Below are positions 37,281-46,174 of a stretch of DNA of 64,000 bases, in pieces. Numbering within the stretch: the first letter of the stretch is position 1; every line of letters begins with the position of its first letter. The notes below the pieces were generated by a model. The model was not told the origin of the DNA. It searched no databases and saw nothing but the letters and a program-made list of their open reading frames with translations. Where the stretch lies: contig CAXBYW010000004.1 in the NCBI GenBank assembly GCA_963980225.1, positions 13,007 to 77,006 on the forward strand, in the 5' to 3' direction. The DNA comes from an uncultured bacterium. GTDB lineage: Bacteria; Patescibacteriota; Microgenomatia; UBA1400; MFAQ01. The position numbers and the translations under genes are program-made.

Positions 37281-37960
37281 TAACGATCATACCGGCGATA
37301 TTAGAGAAAAGCTTAAGGGAGTTTGAGGATAAGCTGTTTTTGGTGTGGGGGAACGTGGATAGGGTGCAGGTAGATGTTGTTGATGGTAAGTTTGCTGAAA
37401 CCACAACCATTGGTCCAGAAGACCTGGGGCAAATTGATACAGTAGTGGCGTTTGATGCGCATTTGATGGTGGAAAAACCGGAAGAATGGATTGGGCGATG
37501 TGTGGCTGGAGGAATAGATAGAGTTTTTGGTCAAGTGGAAAAAATGGAAGATGAAATAGCTTTTATTAGTGACGCTCAAGCAGAAGGGTTGATGGTGGGG
37601 CTAGCTTATGACATTGACACCCCATTGGATGGTTTAAAGGAGTATGTAAATGACTTAGATGCGGTGCTTTTAATGAGTGTGAAGGCAGGATCACAAGGTA
37701 GAAAATTTGATGATCGGGTTTTAGAAAAAATTAAACAGGTGAGAAAGATGTCAAAACGAATTAGTATTGTTGTGGATGGTGGAGAAAATGAGGAAAATAT
37801 TAAAAAGTGCATTGCAGCAGAATGGGCTGAAGAGATAGAAGAAGATGAGTTGAACAGATCAACTGCGTTGTTGGAGTTTGTGGTGGGAAGTCATTTGTTT
37901 GAAGAGAAAAATATTAAAGAGGAACTTTTGAGACTGCGAGGCTTGAGAAGCCATTCCTGA
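37277..37960 (+). CDS. rpe: ribulose-phosphate 3-epimerase-like TIM-barrel protein
   Basis: VDVVDGKF, DAHLMVEKPEEWI, LLMSVKAGSQGRKF, IVVDGG motifs. Confidence 0.7.
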   Translation: MITIIPAILEKSLREFEDKLFLVWGNVDRVQVDVVDGKFAETTTIGPEDLGQIDTVVAFDAHLMVEKPEEWIGRCVAGGIDRVFGQVEKMEDEIAFISDAQAEGLMVGLAYDIDTPLDGLKEYVNDLDAVLLMSVKAGSQGRKFDDRVLEKIKQVRKMSKRISIVVDGGENEENIKKCIAAEWAEEIEEDELNRSTALLEFVVGSHLFEEKNIKEELLRLRGLRSHS

Positions 37961-37972
37961 TATACTGAATTA

Positions 37973-38623
37973 ATGGTCAAAGATGTAAGTGAAATAGGGG
38001 ATTTTGAAAGAATTAAGACAGTGAGTTTTTTGGGCTATGCAGATGCAGAAAAGGGAGATAAGTTGTATGAGGCGGCCAAGGAGGTAGCCAGATTAATGGC
38101 AGAACATGGAGTGGTAAATGTAAATGGTGGAGGTCCGGGTGTAATGCGGGCGGCAACTGAAGGTGCACATGAGGGTGGAGGAAAGGCGTATGTGTCTACT
38201 TTTTATCCTAAGCACATAGAGACGTTTGAGGGGAAAGACCCTATGAATAAGGCGGATAAAGAGATAGTGATGAATACGTATTTAGATAGAACACTGAAGC
38301 TTTTGGAGTTAGGGAATGCCTACATTATTTTTAATGGAGGAACGGGAACAGTGAGTGAATTTGGTATGGCTTGGGGATTAGCTAAGTTATATATTGGACA
38401 TCATAAGCCCTTAATTTTATATGGGGAATTTTGGCATGAGATTATGGAGTCGTTTGCTACCAATATGCATATCCGACCAGAAGCCTTAAGAGTTTACAGA
38501 GTTGTAACGACACCAGAAGATGCTCTGAAAGCCTTGTGGCATTATGAGGAGGAACTAGGCATGCATGCAAAACATGAGCAAGGAAAGAATGGGGTGGATA
38601 TAGAGGAAGCCTTTAGGAATTAA
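37973..38623 (+). CDS. LOG-family (TIGR00730, lysine-decarboxylase-like) nucleotide-binding protein
   Basis: NGGGPGVMRAATEGA and FNGGTGTVSEF motifs of the LOG Rossmann fold. Confidence 0.55.
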   Translation: MVKDVSEIGDFERIKTVSFLGYADAEKGDKLYEAAKEVARLMAEHGVVNVNGGGPGVMRAATEGAHEGGGKAYVSTFYPKHIETFEGKDPMNKADKEIVMNTYLDRTLKLLELGNAYIIFNGGTGTVSEFGMAWGLAKLYIGHHKPLILYGEFWHEIMESFATNMHIRPEALRVYRVVTTPEDALKALWHYEEELGMHAKHEQGKNGVDIEEAFRN

Positions 38624-38630
38624 GATATCT

Positions 38631-39485
38631 ATGAAAGTTGAAGAGTTGCAAGATATGGCGAACAAGGTCAGAGAGATGGTAATAAAAATGTTGCTTAATG
38701 CAGGATCAGGACACTCAGCTGGTCCTTTAGGGTCGGCCGATTTTTTTACAAGTTTATATTTTGGGGATGTAATTAAGTACAAGGTGGATGATCCATGGTG
38801 GGAAGATAGAGATAGAGTGGTTTTGTCTGCAGGGCATTACTGCCCAGTTTTGTATGCAACACTGGCTGAGGTTGGGTTTTTTCCTAAAGAAGAACTAGAT
38901 ACTTTGAGGAAAATTGATTCAAGGTTGCAAGGTCATCCGCAGATTAAAAGTTTACCAGGGATTGAAAATACTAGTGGACCTTTAGGGCAAGGTGTAAGTG
39001 TTGCTGTGGGAATGGCTTTGACGGCAAAGTTAGATAAAAAAGATTGGCAGGTAATTTGCTTTATGGGAGATGGAGAACAAAATGAAGGACAGGTATGGGA
39101 GGCGTATATGAGCGCGGCCAAGTTTGGTTTAGGAAACTTAACATTGGTTGTTGATAGAAATAATATACAAATAGATGGGCAGACAGAAGAGGTAATGCCG
39201 CTGGAGCCGTTTAAAGCAAAACTTTTAGCTTTTGGGATGGAAGTATTTGATATAGATGGACATAATATTAAGGAGATAATAGAAACCTTGAAAATGGCTC
39301 GGGCTGTGGGAAAACCAAGTGTGGTGATTTTAAATACAACTCCAGGTAAAGGAGTGGAGTTTATGGAAAATTTAAGTGAGTGGCATGGTAAGTTGCCAGT
39401 CCAACCAGGAGAGGCAGTAGAAGCGCTGAAAAATATTCATGATATTAGAACTTTGGGTGGAAAAATTATTAGTGAGCACGAATAA
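38631..39485 (+). CDS. tkt: transketolase, N-terminal (thiamine-diphosphate-binding) subunit
   Basis: GHSAGPLGSADFFTSLYF and GDGEQNEGQVWEA (ThDP GDG motif). 284 aa split form. Confidence 0.85.
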   Translation: MKVEELQDMANKVREMVIKMLLNAGSGHSAGPLGSADFFTSLYFGDVIKYKVDDPWWEDRDRVVLSAGHYCPVLYATLAEVGFFPKEELDTLRKIDSRLQGHPQIKSLPGIENTSGPLGQGVSVAVGMALTAKLDKKDWQVICFMGDGEQNEGQVWEAYMSAAKFGLGNLTLVVDRNNIQIDGQTEEVMPLEPFKAKLLAFGMEVFDIDGHNIKEIIETLKMARAVGKPSVVILNTTPGKGVEFMENLSEWHGKLPVQPGEAVEALKNIHDIRTLGGKIISEHE

Positions 39486-39486
39486 G

Positions 39487-40470
39487 ATGTTGAATAAAGA
39501 AATGAGTTTGGTGGATGATTTAAAGAAGCCAGAGATGAAGGCTATGCGGGATGGATACGGAGAGGGTTTGGTGGAAGCAGGAAAAAGGGATGAAAAAGTG
39601 GTGGTTTTAACAGCTGATTTAGCAGAAAGCACGAGGGCTAATTTGTTTGCGAAGGAATTTGAAGAAAGGTTTTTTGATTTAGGAGTGGCAGAACAAAATT
39701 TAATGGGGGTGGCGGCTGGAATGGCTTTGTCTGGTAAAACCCCTTTTGTTTCTAGTTATGGAGTATTTAGTCCAGGGAGAAACTGGGAACAGTTGAGGGT
39801 GTCTGTCTGTTACTCTAAGACCAATGTAAAGATTGCTGGTGCACATGTGGGATTTAGCGCTAGTGCAGACGGAGCTACACATCAAGCATTGGAAGATATG
39901 GCAATTACTAGAGCGTTACCAAACTTAATAGTTTTGGCACCTTGTGACTATGAGCAAGTTAAAAAGGCGGTTTTAGCATCCAGTCAGATTAAAGGACCGG
40001 TCTATATCCGCCATCATAAACTTAAAGCTGCTTGTGTGACGACGAGTGTCACACCATTTGAGGTAGGTAGATCTCAGGTGTTTAAAGAAGGGAAAGATGT
40101 GAGCGTGTTTGCTTGTGGGCCGATGGTTTATAAAGCTTTGAAAGTGGCGGAGAAGTTAAAAGGAAAAGTGGATGTGGAGGTGGTAAATATTCATACGATA
40201 AAACCAGTAGATAGAGAAGGCATAATCAGAAGCGTCAGGAAGACTGGTAGGGTGGTAACGGTAGAAGAACATCAGATAACTGGAGGTTTGGGAAGTGCGG
40301 TGGCAGAGGTTTTAGCAGAGGAATTACCAACACAGATGAAGCGGGTTGGGGTAAGAGATACTTTTGGAGAAAGTGGAGAATATGATGATCTGCTTGCTAA
40401 ATATGGATTGGGAGAAAAGGATATAATGAGAGCGATTGATAGTGTAGTTAATAAACCTTTGGAAAGATAA
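39487..40470 (+). CDS. tkt: transketolase, C-terminal (pyrimidine-binding) subunit
   Basis: Pyr and C-terminal domains. Start taken at the ATG one codon after the upstream stop (MLNKEM). Confidence 0.85.
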   Translation: MLNKEMSLVDDLKKPEMKAMRDGYGEGLVEAGKRDEKVVVLTADLAESTRANLFAKEFEERFFDLGVAEQNLMGVAAGMALSGKTPFVSSYGVFSPGRNWEQLRVSVCYSKTNVKIAGAHVGFSASADGATHQALEDMAITRALPNLIVLAPCDYEQVKKAVLASSQIKGPVYIRHHKLKAACVTTSVTPFEVGRSQVFKEGKDVSVFACGPMVYKALKVAEKLKGKVDVEVVNIHTIKPVDREGIIRSVRKTGRVVTVEEHQITGGLGSAVAEVLAEELPTQMKRVGVRDTFGESGEYDDLLAKYGLGEKDIMRAIDSVVNKPLER

Positions 40471-40475
40471 TAAAT

Positions 40476-41342
40476 ATGAGTAGTGGAAATATTGATTTAT
40501 GGTTAAAGAAAGCGAGAGAAGAAAGATTTGCTATTGGTGCTTTCAATGCAGCTAATATAGAAACTTTCAAGGCAATCGTAGGCGCTGCTAAAAAAATGTC
40601 TTCCCCAGTGATTATTGAAGCGTCTCATGGTGAGGTAGAATTTATTGGAGGAGATAACTTGGTGGACCTGGTGAAAAATGCTAGGGAAGAAATGAGTCTA
40701 CCTATTTTTACCAATCTTGATCATGCACCTACGGTGGAGGACGCTATGGATGGGGTAGATTGGGGTTTTGACATGATTCACTATAATGGCAGCAAACTTT
40801 CTTTAAAGGAGAATGTTAAGAATACTAAGCGGGTAGTAGAAGCCGTAAAAGGTGGTGGATCAGTGGTTGAAGCAGAGATTAACCCAATTGTAGGAGAGAG
40901 TGCTGAGCACATGCAAGAAACAGCTGAGGAGATTCAAAAGCAAGGGGAATATACTGACCCACAAGAGGCTGAGGAGTTTGTTAAAGAAACAGGAGTAGAT
41001 ATTTTGGCGTCGTTTGTGGGGAATTTGCATGGAGTGTATAAGACCCCACCAAAGATTGATGTTGATAGGTTGAAAGAGATAGGTAAGAGGGTGGATTGTT
41101 ATTTAAGCTTGCATGGAGGAAGTGGTATTCCAGATGATCAAGTGAAAATGGCGATTGAAAGAGGAGTCGTAAAGGTCAATGTAAACAGTGAAATGAGAAT
41201 TATATATAGGGAGACGTTGGAGAAGGTATTGGAGAAGAATGATGAGGTGGCAATTTATAAAATAATGCCAGAGGTTATAAATATGGTTCAGGGTGTGGTG
41301 GAGAAAAAAATAGAGCTATTGGGGAGCAAAGGAAAGGCCTGA
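40476..41342 (+). CDS. fba: class II fructose-bisphosphate aldolase family protein
   Basis: FNAANIE, LDHAPT, SLHGGSG motifs. Confidence 0.8.
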   Translation: MSSGNIDLWLKKAREERFAIGAFNAANIETFKAIVGAAKKMSSPVIIEASHGEVEFIGGDNLVDLVKNAREEMSLPIFTNLDHAPTVEDAMDGVDWGFDMIHYNGSKLSLKENVKNTKRVVEAVKGGGSVVEAEINPIVGESAEHMQETAEEIQKQGEYTDPQEAEEFVKETGVDILASFVGNLHGVYKTPPKIDVDRLKEIGKRVDCYLSLHGGSGIPDDQVKMAIERGVVKVNVNSEMRIIYRETLEKVLEKNDEVAIYKIMPEVINMVQGVVEKKIELLGSKGKA

Positions 41343-41381
41343 TTTTTCTGGAAACCCTTAAACCAAATGAGACTTAAATGA

Positions 41382-41954
41382 TTAATCTTGTTTAATATAG
41401 TCGATTACGTCAGGGAGATTAAGGAAGCCCTTAATACGTTTACGACCGTATCTAGCTAGGCCGGAGAAAAGAGAGAGGAAACGATATATTTTGAATTTAT
41501 TTTTATTGTTTCTTAAGTCAAAAACCCTAATTTCACTTACGAAGTCTAGAGTATCTGCATCTTGAACTATTTGGGCGTAGAGAGAGTATTTGCGATTTAA
41601 TCGTCTAAAAGGAAAACTAAGGGTGTGGTTGTAGACTGCTTCGGAGAGGAGGTAGCGATCGGACTCAGTTAAGTTGAATTGCTCTAGTATGGAGGGGAGC
41701 ATTTGGCGAAGTAATCTGCTCTCCCTGATCCAATTTAAGAATGATGGTTTATATTTAATGTGGTGAATGTCGTGTAGGAGACAAGCAGCCTTGAGAAGAT
41801 TCAAGTCAATTTTAGAGTTTAGCTTTAAAAGACTGGCTATCTGAACAGCGTTGTTCTTAGTTCTTGTTAGGTGTCCATAACTATGTTGAGAGTCAACATT
41901 TTTAGTAGCTTTTTTTACGTAGTTATCTATTTTTTGAAACTGCTTGGTGGTCAT
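41382..41954 (-). CDS. HD-domain phosphohydrolase
   Basis: H..HD motif (ACLLHDIHHIKYK) and downstream D. Confidence 0.6.
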   Translation of the reverse strand: MTTKQFQKIDNYVKKATKNVDSQHSYGHLTRTKNNAVQIASLLKLNSKIDLNLLKAACLLHDIHHIKYKPSFLNWIRESRLLRQMLPSILEQFNLTESDRYLLSEAVYNHTLSFPFRRLNRKYSLYAQIVQDADTLDFVSEIRVFDLRNNKNKFKIYRFLSLFSGLARYGRKRIKGFLNLPDVIDYIKQD

Positions 41955-41980
41955 AGAGGAGATTATATTAGAATAAAGGT

Positions 41981-42970
41981 ATGAAAAGGGTAATTACCGT
42001 AGGTTCAGCAGTAGTAGATGTGTTGGTTAGGTCTAATGGATTTAGAGTGATGAAAAGCCATTTGGTAGAAGGAGGTGTGGCAATGTGTGAGGTGTATGGA
42101 GGTAAATTGGGTGCAGAAGAGATTTCAACTGAAGTTGGTGGTGGAGGAACTAATGTGGCTTTGGGATTAAAGCGACTGGGTGTTTTTGCCAGACCATTTT
42201 CTTTGGTGGGAGATGATGATTGGGGAAAGTGGATAAGAAAAAATCTAGAGAGAGAAAGTTTGGAGACAAATGGTATTAGAGAGGTTGTTGGTAGTACGGC
42301 GGTATCGGTTATTTTAATAGCAGATGGAGGAGGTAGAACGATTATTACTCAAAGAGGTGTGGGCGCTAAGATGAGTGCAAAGGATATAGACTGGAAGATG
42401 CTTGATAAGGCAAATTGGGTACAGATTTCTAGTTTGGGTGGAAATGTTAATTTGTTGGAAGATATAGTTCTCTATGCTTTTAGTAAAAAAATAAAAATAG
42501 GGTTGAACCCTGGAAAAAAAGAGTTGGAAGAGAAAAAAACTCTACTTTCGTTGTTGCCCAAAATAGAGTATTTAAATGTTAATCATATGGAAGCAGTTAA
42601 GTTTTTTAAAGGAAGATATGGAGAAGATAAGAAAATGGCTCGTAGATTTCTAGATGAAGGAGTTAAATATTTGACGATTACTGATGGAGTTGGTGGTGCA
42701 GGGTTGGCTATGGGAGACACCTGGATTAAAGCAAATTCTTACAAGACAAAATCAATAGATGATACTGGAGCAGGAGATGCGTTTACTGCTGGAGTGGTGG
42801 CCGGTTTTTTGGCTGGACGGGAAAAAGAAGAGGTGTTGAAAATGGGTTTGGCTAATGGGGCCAAGGTGGTAACGATGTTGGGGGCTAAAAGAGGTCTGTT
42901 GCGAAAAGAAGAAATGAATAAGTGGGTCAAAAAGAGAAGGGTAAAAATAGTGGAGGAGAAGTGTGGTTAA
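41981..42970 (+). CDS. PfkB-family carbohydrate kinase
   Basis: GGGGTNVA N-terminal and DTTGAGDAFTAG C-terminal signatures. Confidence 0.75.
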   Translation: MKRVITVGSAVVDVLVRSNGFRVMKSHLVEGGVAMCEVYGGKLGAEEISTEVGGGGTNVALGLKRLGVFARPFSLVGDDDWGKWIRKNLERESLETNGIREVVGSTAVSVILIADGGGRTIITQRGVGAKMSAKDIDWKMLDKANWVQISSLGGNVNLLEDIVLYAFSKKIKIGLNPGKKELEEKKTLLSLLPKIEYLNVNHMEAVKFFKGRYGEDKKMARRFLDEGVKYLTITDGVGGAGLAMGDTWIKANSYKTKSIDDTGAGDAFTAGVVAGFLAGREKEEVLKMGLANGAKVVTMLGAKRGLLRKEEMNKWVKKRRVKIVEEKCG

Positions 42971-42978
42971 ATTAGGGT

Positions 42979-43944
42979 ATGAAACAGAGGGTTTTTGTAA
43001 CACATAAATTACCAGGAAAAGAAATAGATAAATTAAAGGAAGACTTTGAGGTAGACGTTTGGTCTGATAAGGATATTGGTCGAAAAGATTTGATTGATAA
43101 GGTTAAGGGGGTAGATGGAATAATAAGTCTGTTAACCGAGAAGATTGACAAAGAAGTGATGGATGCAGCTGGAGAAAATCTGAAAGTAATTGCCAACTAT
43201 GCAGTTGGTTTTGACAATGTTGACTGTGAAGAGGCAGACAAGCGAAAAATAGTGGTAACTAATACACCGGGAGTTTTAACGGAATCAGTAGCGGAACATG
43301 CGATTGGCCTGATGTTTTCAGTGATGAAAAGAATAACGGAAGGAGATAAATTTATTAGAGAAGGGAAGTTTGCTGGTTGGGAACCGGACTTGTTGGTAGG
43401 AACAGGAGTAAGAGATAAAGTGTTGGGAGTTGTGGGGTTGGGTAGAATTGGTAGGTGGACGGTAAAATTAGCTAACAGCTTGGGGATGAAAGTAATTTAC
43501 CATTCAAGAACAAGAGACGAAGAGTATGAGGAAATGGAAGGAGTGGTTTATCATTCTTTGGAGCAACTGTTAGAGATGTCAGACGTGGTCAGTTTAAGTG
43601 TTCCTTTACATGATGATACAAAAGGTATGATAGGGAAAAAAGAGCTCAAGTTGATGAAGAGGTCAGCAGTTTTAATCAACACAGCTCGAGGTGGTGTAGT
43701 TGAGGAGAAGGATTTAATCGAAGCTTTAAAAGGGGGTGTGATTGCTGGCGCTGGCCTAGATGTATTTTGGGATGAAAGTAAGATTCCTGTTGATTTAATT
43801 AAGTTGCAAAATGTGACCTTAACTCCACATATTGCTTCAGCTACCATAGAAGCAAGACTCTCTATGGCAAAGTTGGCCGTTGATTCTGTGAGATCTGTTT
43901 TATTGGGAAGAATGCCGGAAATGGTGGTAAATATGAAAAAATGA
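42979..43944 (+). CDS. D-isomer-specific 2-hydroxyacid dehydrogenase (glycerate/hydroxypyruvate reductase-like)
   Basis: NAD-binding GVVGLGRIGRWTVKLA, and catalytic-domain motifs. Confidence 0.85.
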   Translation: MKQRVFVTHKLPGKEIDKLKEDFEVDVWSDKDIGRKDLIDKVKGVDGIISLLTEKIDKEVMDAAGENLKVIANYAVGFDNVDCEEADKRKIVVTNTPGVLTESVAEHAIGLMFSVMKRITEGDKFIREGKFAGWEPDLLVGTGVRDKVLGVVGLGRIGRWTVKLANSLGMKVIYHSRTRDEEYEEMEGVVYHSLEQLLEMSDVVSLSVPLHDDTKGMIGKKELKLMKRSAVLINTARGGVVEEKDLIEALKGGVIAGAGLDVFWDESKIPVDLIKLQNVTLTPHIASATIEARLSMAKLAVDSVRSVLLGRMPEMVVNMKK

Positions 43945-44207
43945 AAAAGGAAGAAAGTGGTAGACAGTTAAAGCTTAGTGAGCAAGACAATGAAGAGAAG
44001 GTAGTTGATAAGAAGGATAAAAAGAAAAGAAATAAACCTAAAGATAGATGGACCATATTTGTGGTTTTGTTTATAACAATACTAGTCAGTTTGGTATTTT
44101 ATTTTGTCTCCGGGATACCTAAAACACAAAAAAATGATGAAATGGAAAAAATAGAAAACATAAAAAAAAATAATGATTTCTTTGGCTCAGCTGTACATGA
44201 GCTCTAG
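43941..44207 (+). CDS. small hypothetical membrane protein (lysine-rich N-terminus, one TM)
   Basis: 88-aa ORF. One TM helix (WTIFVVLFITILVSLVFYFV). Confidence 0.35.
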   Translation: MKKEESGRQLKLSEQDNEEKVVDKKDKKKRNKPKDRWTIFVVLFITILVSLVFYFVSGIPKTQKNDEMEKIENIKKNNDFFGSAVHEL

Positions 44208-46174
44208 TTATCTAGGATATAGTTCACAGTTTTTGCCCAAATAGGAGAAGCCCCGGTGACACCGGAAGCAACTCTACTCATTGGTGAGTTATTGTTGTTG
44301 CCCACCCAAACCCCAACTAAGAAATTTGGAGTATAACCTATGGCCCAGTTATCCCTAAGGTCGTTACTAGTGCCAGTCTTAACAGCAACTTTGGCTTTTT
44401 TAATGTTTAAAACTGAGTTAAAGCCAAAAGCTGGGGCACGAGCAAAATTATTTGAGAGGATGTCAGTGATCTGGTAGGCTGTTTCTGATTTGATGACTTG
44501 ACGTGGTTGTTGTTTTCCAAAAGAAAGAGATTTGTTGCTGGGATTTTCAATAGAGATTATTGATTTTAGGGGTGTGGTAACCCCAGAATTAGCAAAAGCA
44601 GAATAGCTTTCTGCTAGATCGGTCATTTTCACTTCTAAACTACCTAGGGCAGCAGCGGGAGTATGACGACTGGGGTCGTTCCAGGTGGTAATACCCATTT
44701 CTTGAGCTAGGGCAATAAAATTATTGACTCCATTTTTGGTGGCTAAAAGAACAGAAGGAATATTGTAAGAACTGGCTAGTGCTTGCCTTAAAGTAACGTG
44801 TCCATGATATTTACCGTCATAGTTTTTGGGAGACCAGGGATCAGAACCAGGCAATCGAATAGTAATTGGAGAGTCATTTATCATGGCTGAAGGAGTGGCT
44901 CCCAACTCGAAAGCTAGGGCATAATTAATAGGTTTGATGGCAGAACCGGGTTGACGAGAAGATGTGGTGAGATTGACGTTACCGTCTGTTGAGTTATCAA
45001 AGTAATCTTTGGATCCGACCATAGCTAAAATTTCACCAGTTTGAGGGGAGGTAATAATACCGGCACCGTTACTTATATTTAGACGAGAAAGACGGTTGAC
45101 CTCTGTGGTAATAAATAGCTGGAATTTTTTTTGAAGATTTAGGTCTAGGCTAGTAGTGACGATTAGACCACCGTGGTTAACAAGGTTTTCTCCAAATTGG
45201 TCGACTAAAATGTCTTTTACATACATTACAAAATGTGGGGCTTGGATCTCTATTTTTAAAGATGCAAACTTTAGGTTGGTTTCTAAGGCTTTTTGATAAT
45301 CTTCCTGTGAAATAAACTTAAGAAGAAGCATTTGATTTAAAACAAAATGTTGTCGATCTGTGGCTAATTCGGGGTGCGCACCAAATGGTGAGTATTTACT
45401 GGGAGCTTTGGTTAAACCAGCGAGATAACTGGCTTGAGCAAGACTTAGATCTTGAGCATTTACCGAAAAATACTGTTGAGCTGCTTCTTGGATGCCGTAG
45501 GTTGGACCACCAAAACCAATTTGATTTAAGTACATTTGGAAAATAGCGTCTTTGCTATAAGTATTTTCTGTGTGAATAGCAAGAACTAATTCTTTTATTT
45601 TTCTAGTTAAACTTCTTTGTGAAGTAAGTAAGGTGTTTTTAATCAATTGTTGGGTGATGGTGGAGCCGCCTTCTAAGTGGCAGTTGGTAAGTGATAGCTT
45701 GCAAGTTGTAAAAAAATTATTGAGATTTTTGGTGAATGCGCGAAAGATGCTACCAGATGAAAATCCATTATGAGAATAAAAATCCTTGTCTTCTGCGGCC
45801 AAAAAAGCACCTGTGACGTAATTAGGAAGAGTGTCTAGGCTAATTAAAGTGCGATTTTCTTGTTTGTATATTTTGAAAAGTAATTGTCCATTGCGGTCAA
45901 GAATTTGAGTTGTTAATTTTGGTAAATGGTCAGCAAGATCGCCGGGGTGGGGTAGATTGTAAAAAATTTTGAAGTATATAAAAATTGACAGAAAAGTAAG
46001 GACGACGGTAAATGGAGTTACTAACTTAGGAACTGTTAGTTGCTTTAGTTTGAGTGATAGAAATTTATGTGGAAATAATAGTAGAAAGTCAATGATGAAG
46101 ATTAGAAGTTTATGAAAAGGGCGGCCGATTAAGTTTAGTAGGGAGACGTGAACTGGTTTTTTTGACCTAGTCAT
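44204..46174 (-). CDS. class A penicillin-binding protein (glycosyltransferase GT51 + transpeptidase)
   Basis: GT51 motif EGGSTITQQLIKN, transpeptidase SAIK (SxxK), SYN-like and KTGTSN. Confidence 0.85.
   Translation of the reverse strand: MTRSKKPVHVSLLNLIGRPFHKLLIFIIDFLLLFPHKFLSLKLKQLTVPKLVTPFTVVLTFLSIFIYFKIFYNLPHPGDLADHLPKLTTQILDRNGQLLFKIYKQENRTLISLDTLPNYVTGAFLAAEDKDFYSHNGFSSGSIFRAFTKNLNNFFTTCKLSLTNCHLEGGSTITQQLIKNTLLTSQRSLTRKIKELVLAIHTENTYSKDAIFQMYLNQIGFGGPTYGIQEAAQQYFSVNAQDLSLAQASYLAGLTKAPSKYSPFGAHPELATDRQHFVLNQMLLLKFISQEDYQKALETNLKFASLKIEIQAPHFVMYVKDILVDQFGENLVNHGGLIVTTSLDLNLQKKFQLFITTEVNRLSRLNISNGAGIITSPQTGEILAMVGSKDYFDNSTDGNVNLTTSSRQPGSAIKPINYALAFELGATPSAMINDSPITIRLPGSDPWSPKNYDGKYHGHVTLRQALASSYNIPSVLLATKNGVNNFIALAQEMGITTWNDPSRHTPAAALGSLEVKMTDLAESYSAFANSGVTTPLKSIISIENPSNKSLSFGKQQPRQVIKSETAYQITDILSNNFARAPAFGFNSVLNIKKAKVAVKTGTSNDLRDNWAIGYTPNFLVGVWVGNNNNSPMSRVASGVTGASPIWAKTVNYILDN

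Noticed and set aside
39439-39486. Upstream extension of the transketolase C-terminal subunit overlapping the N-terminal subunit
   Set aside because: The ATG at 39487 follows the upstream stop codon by one base and begins a typical subunit N-terminus. The extension is probably not translated.
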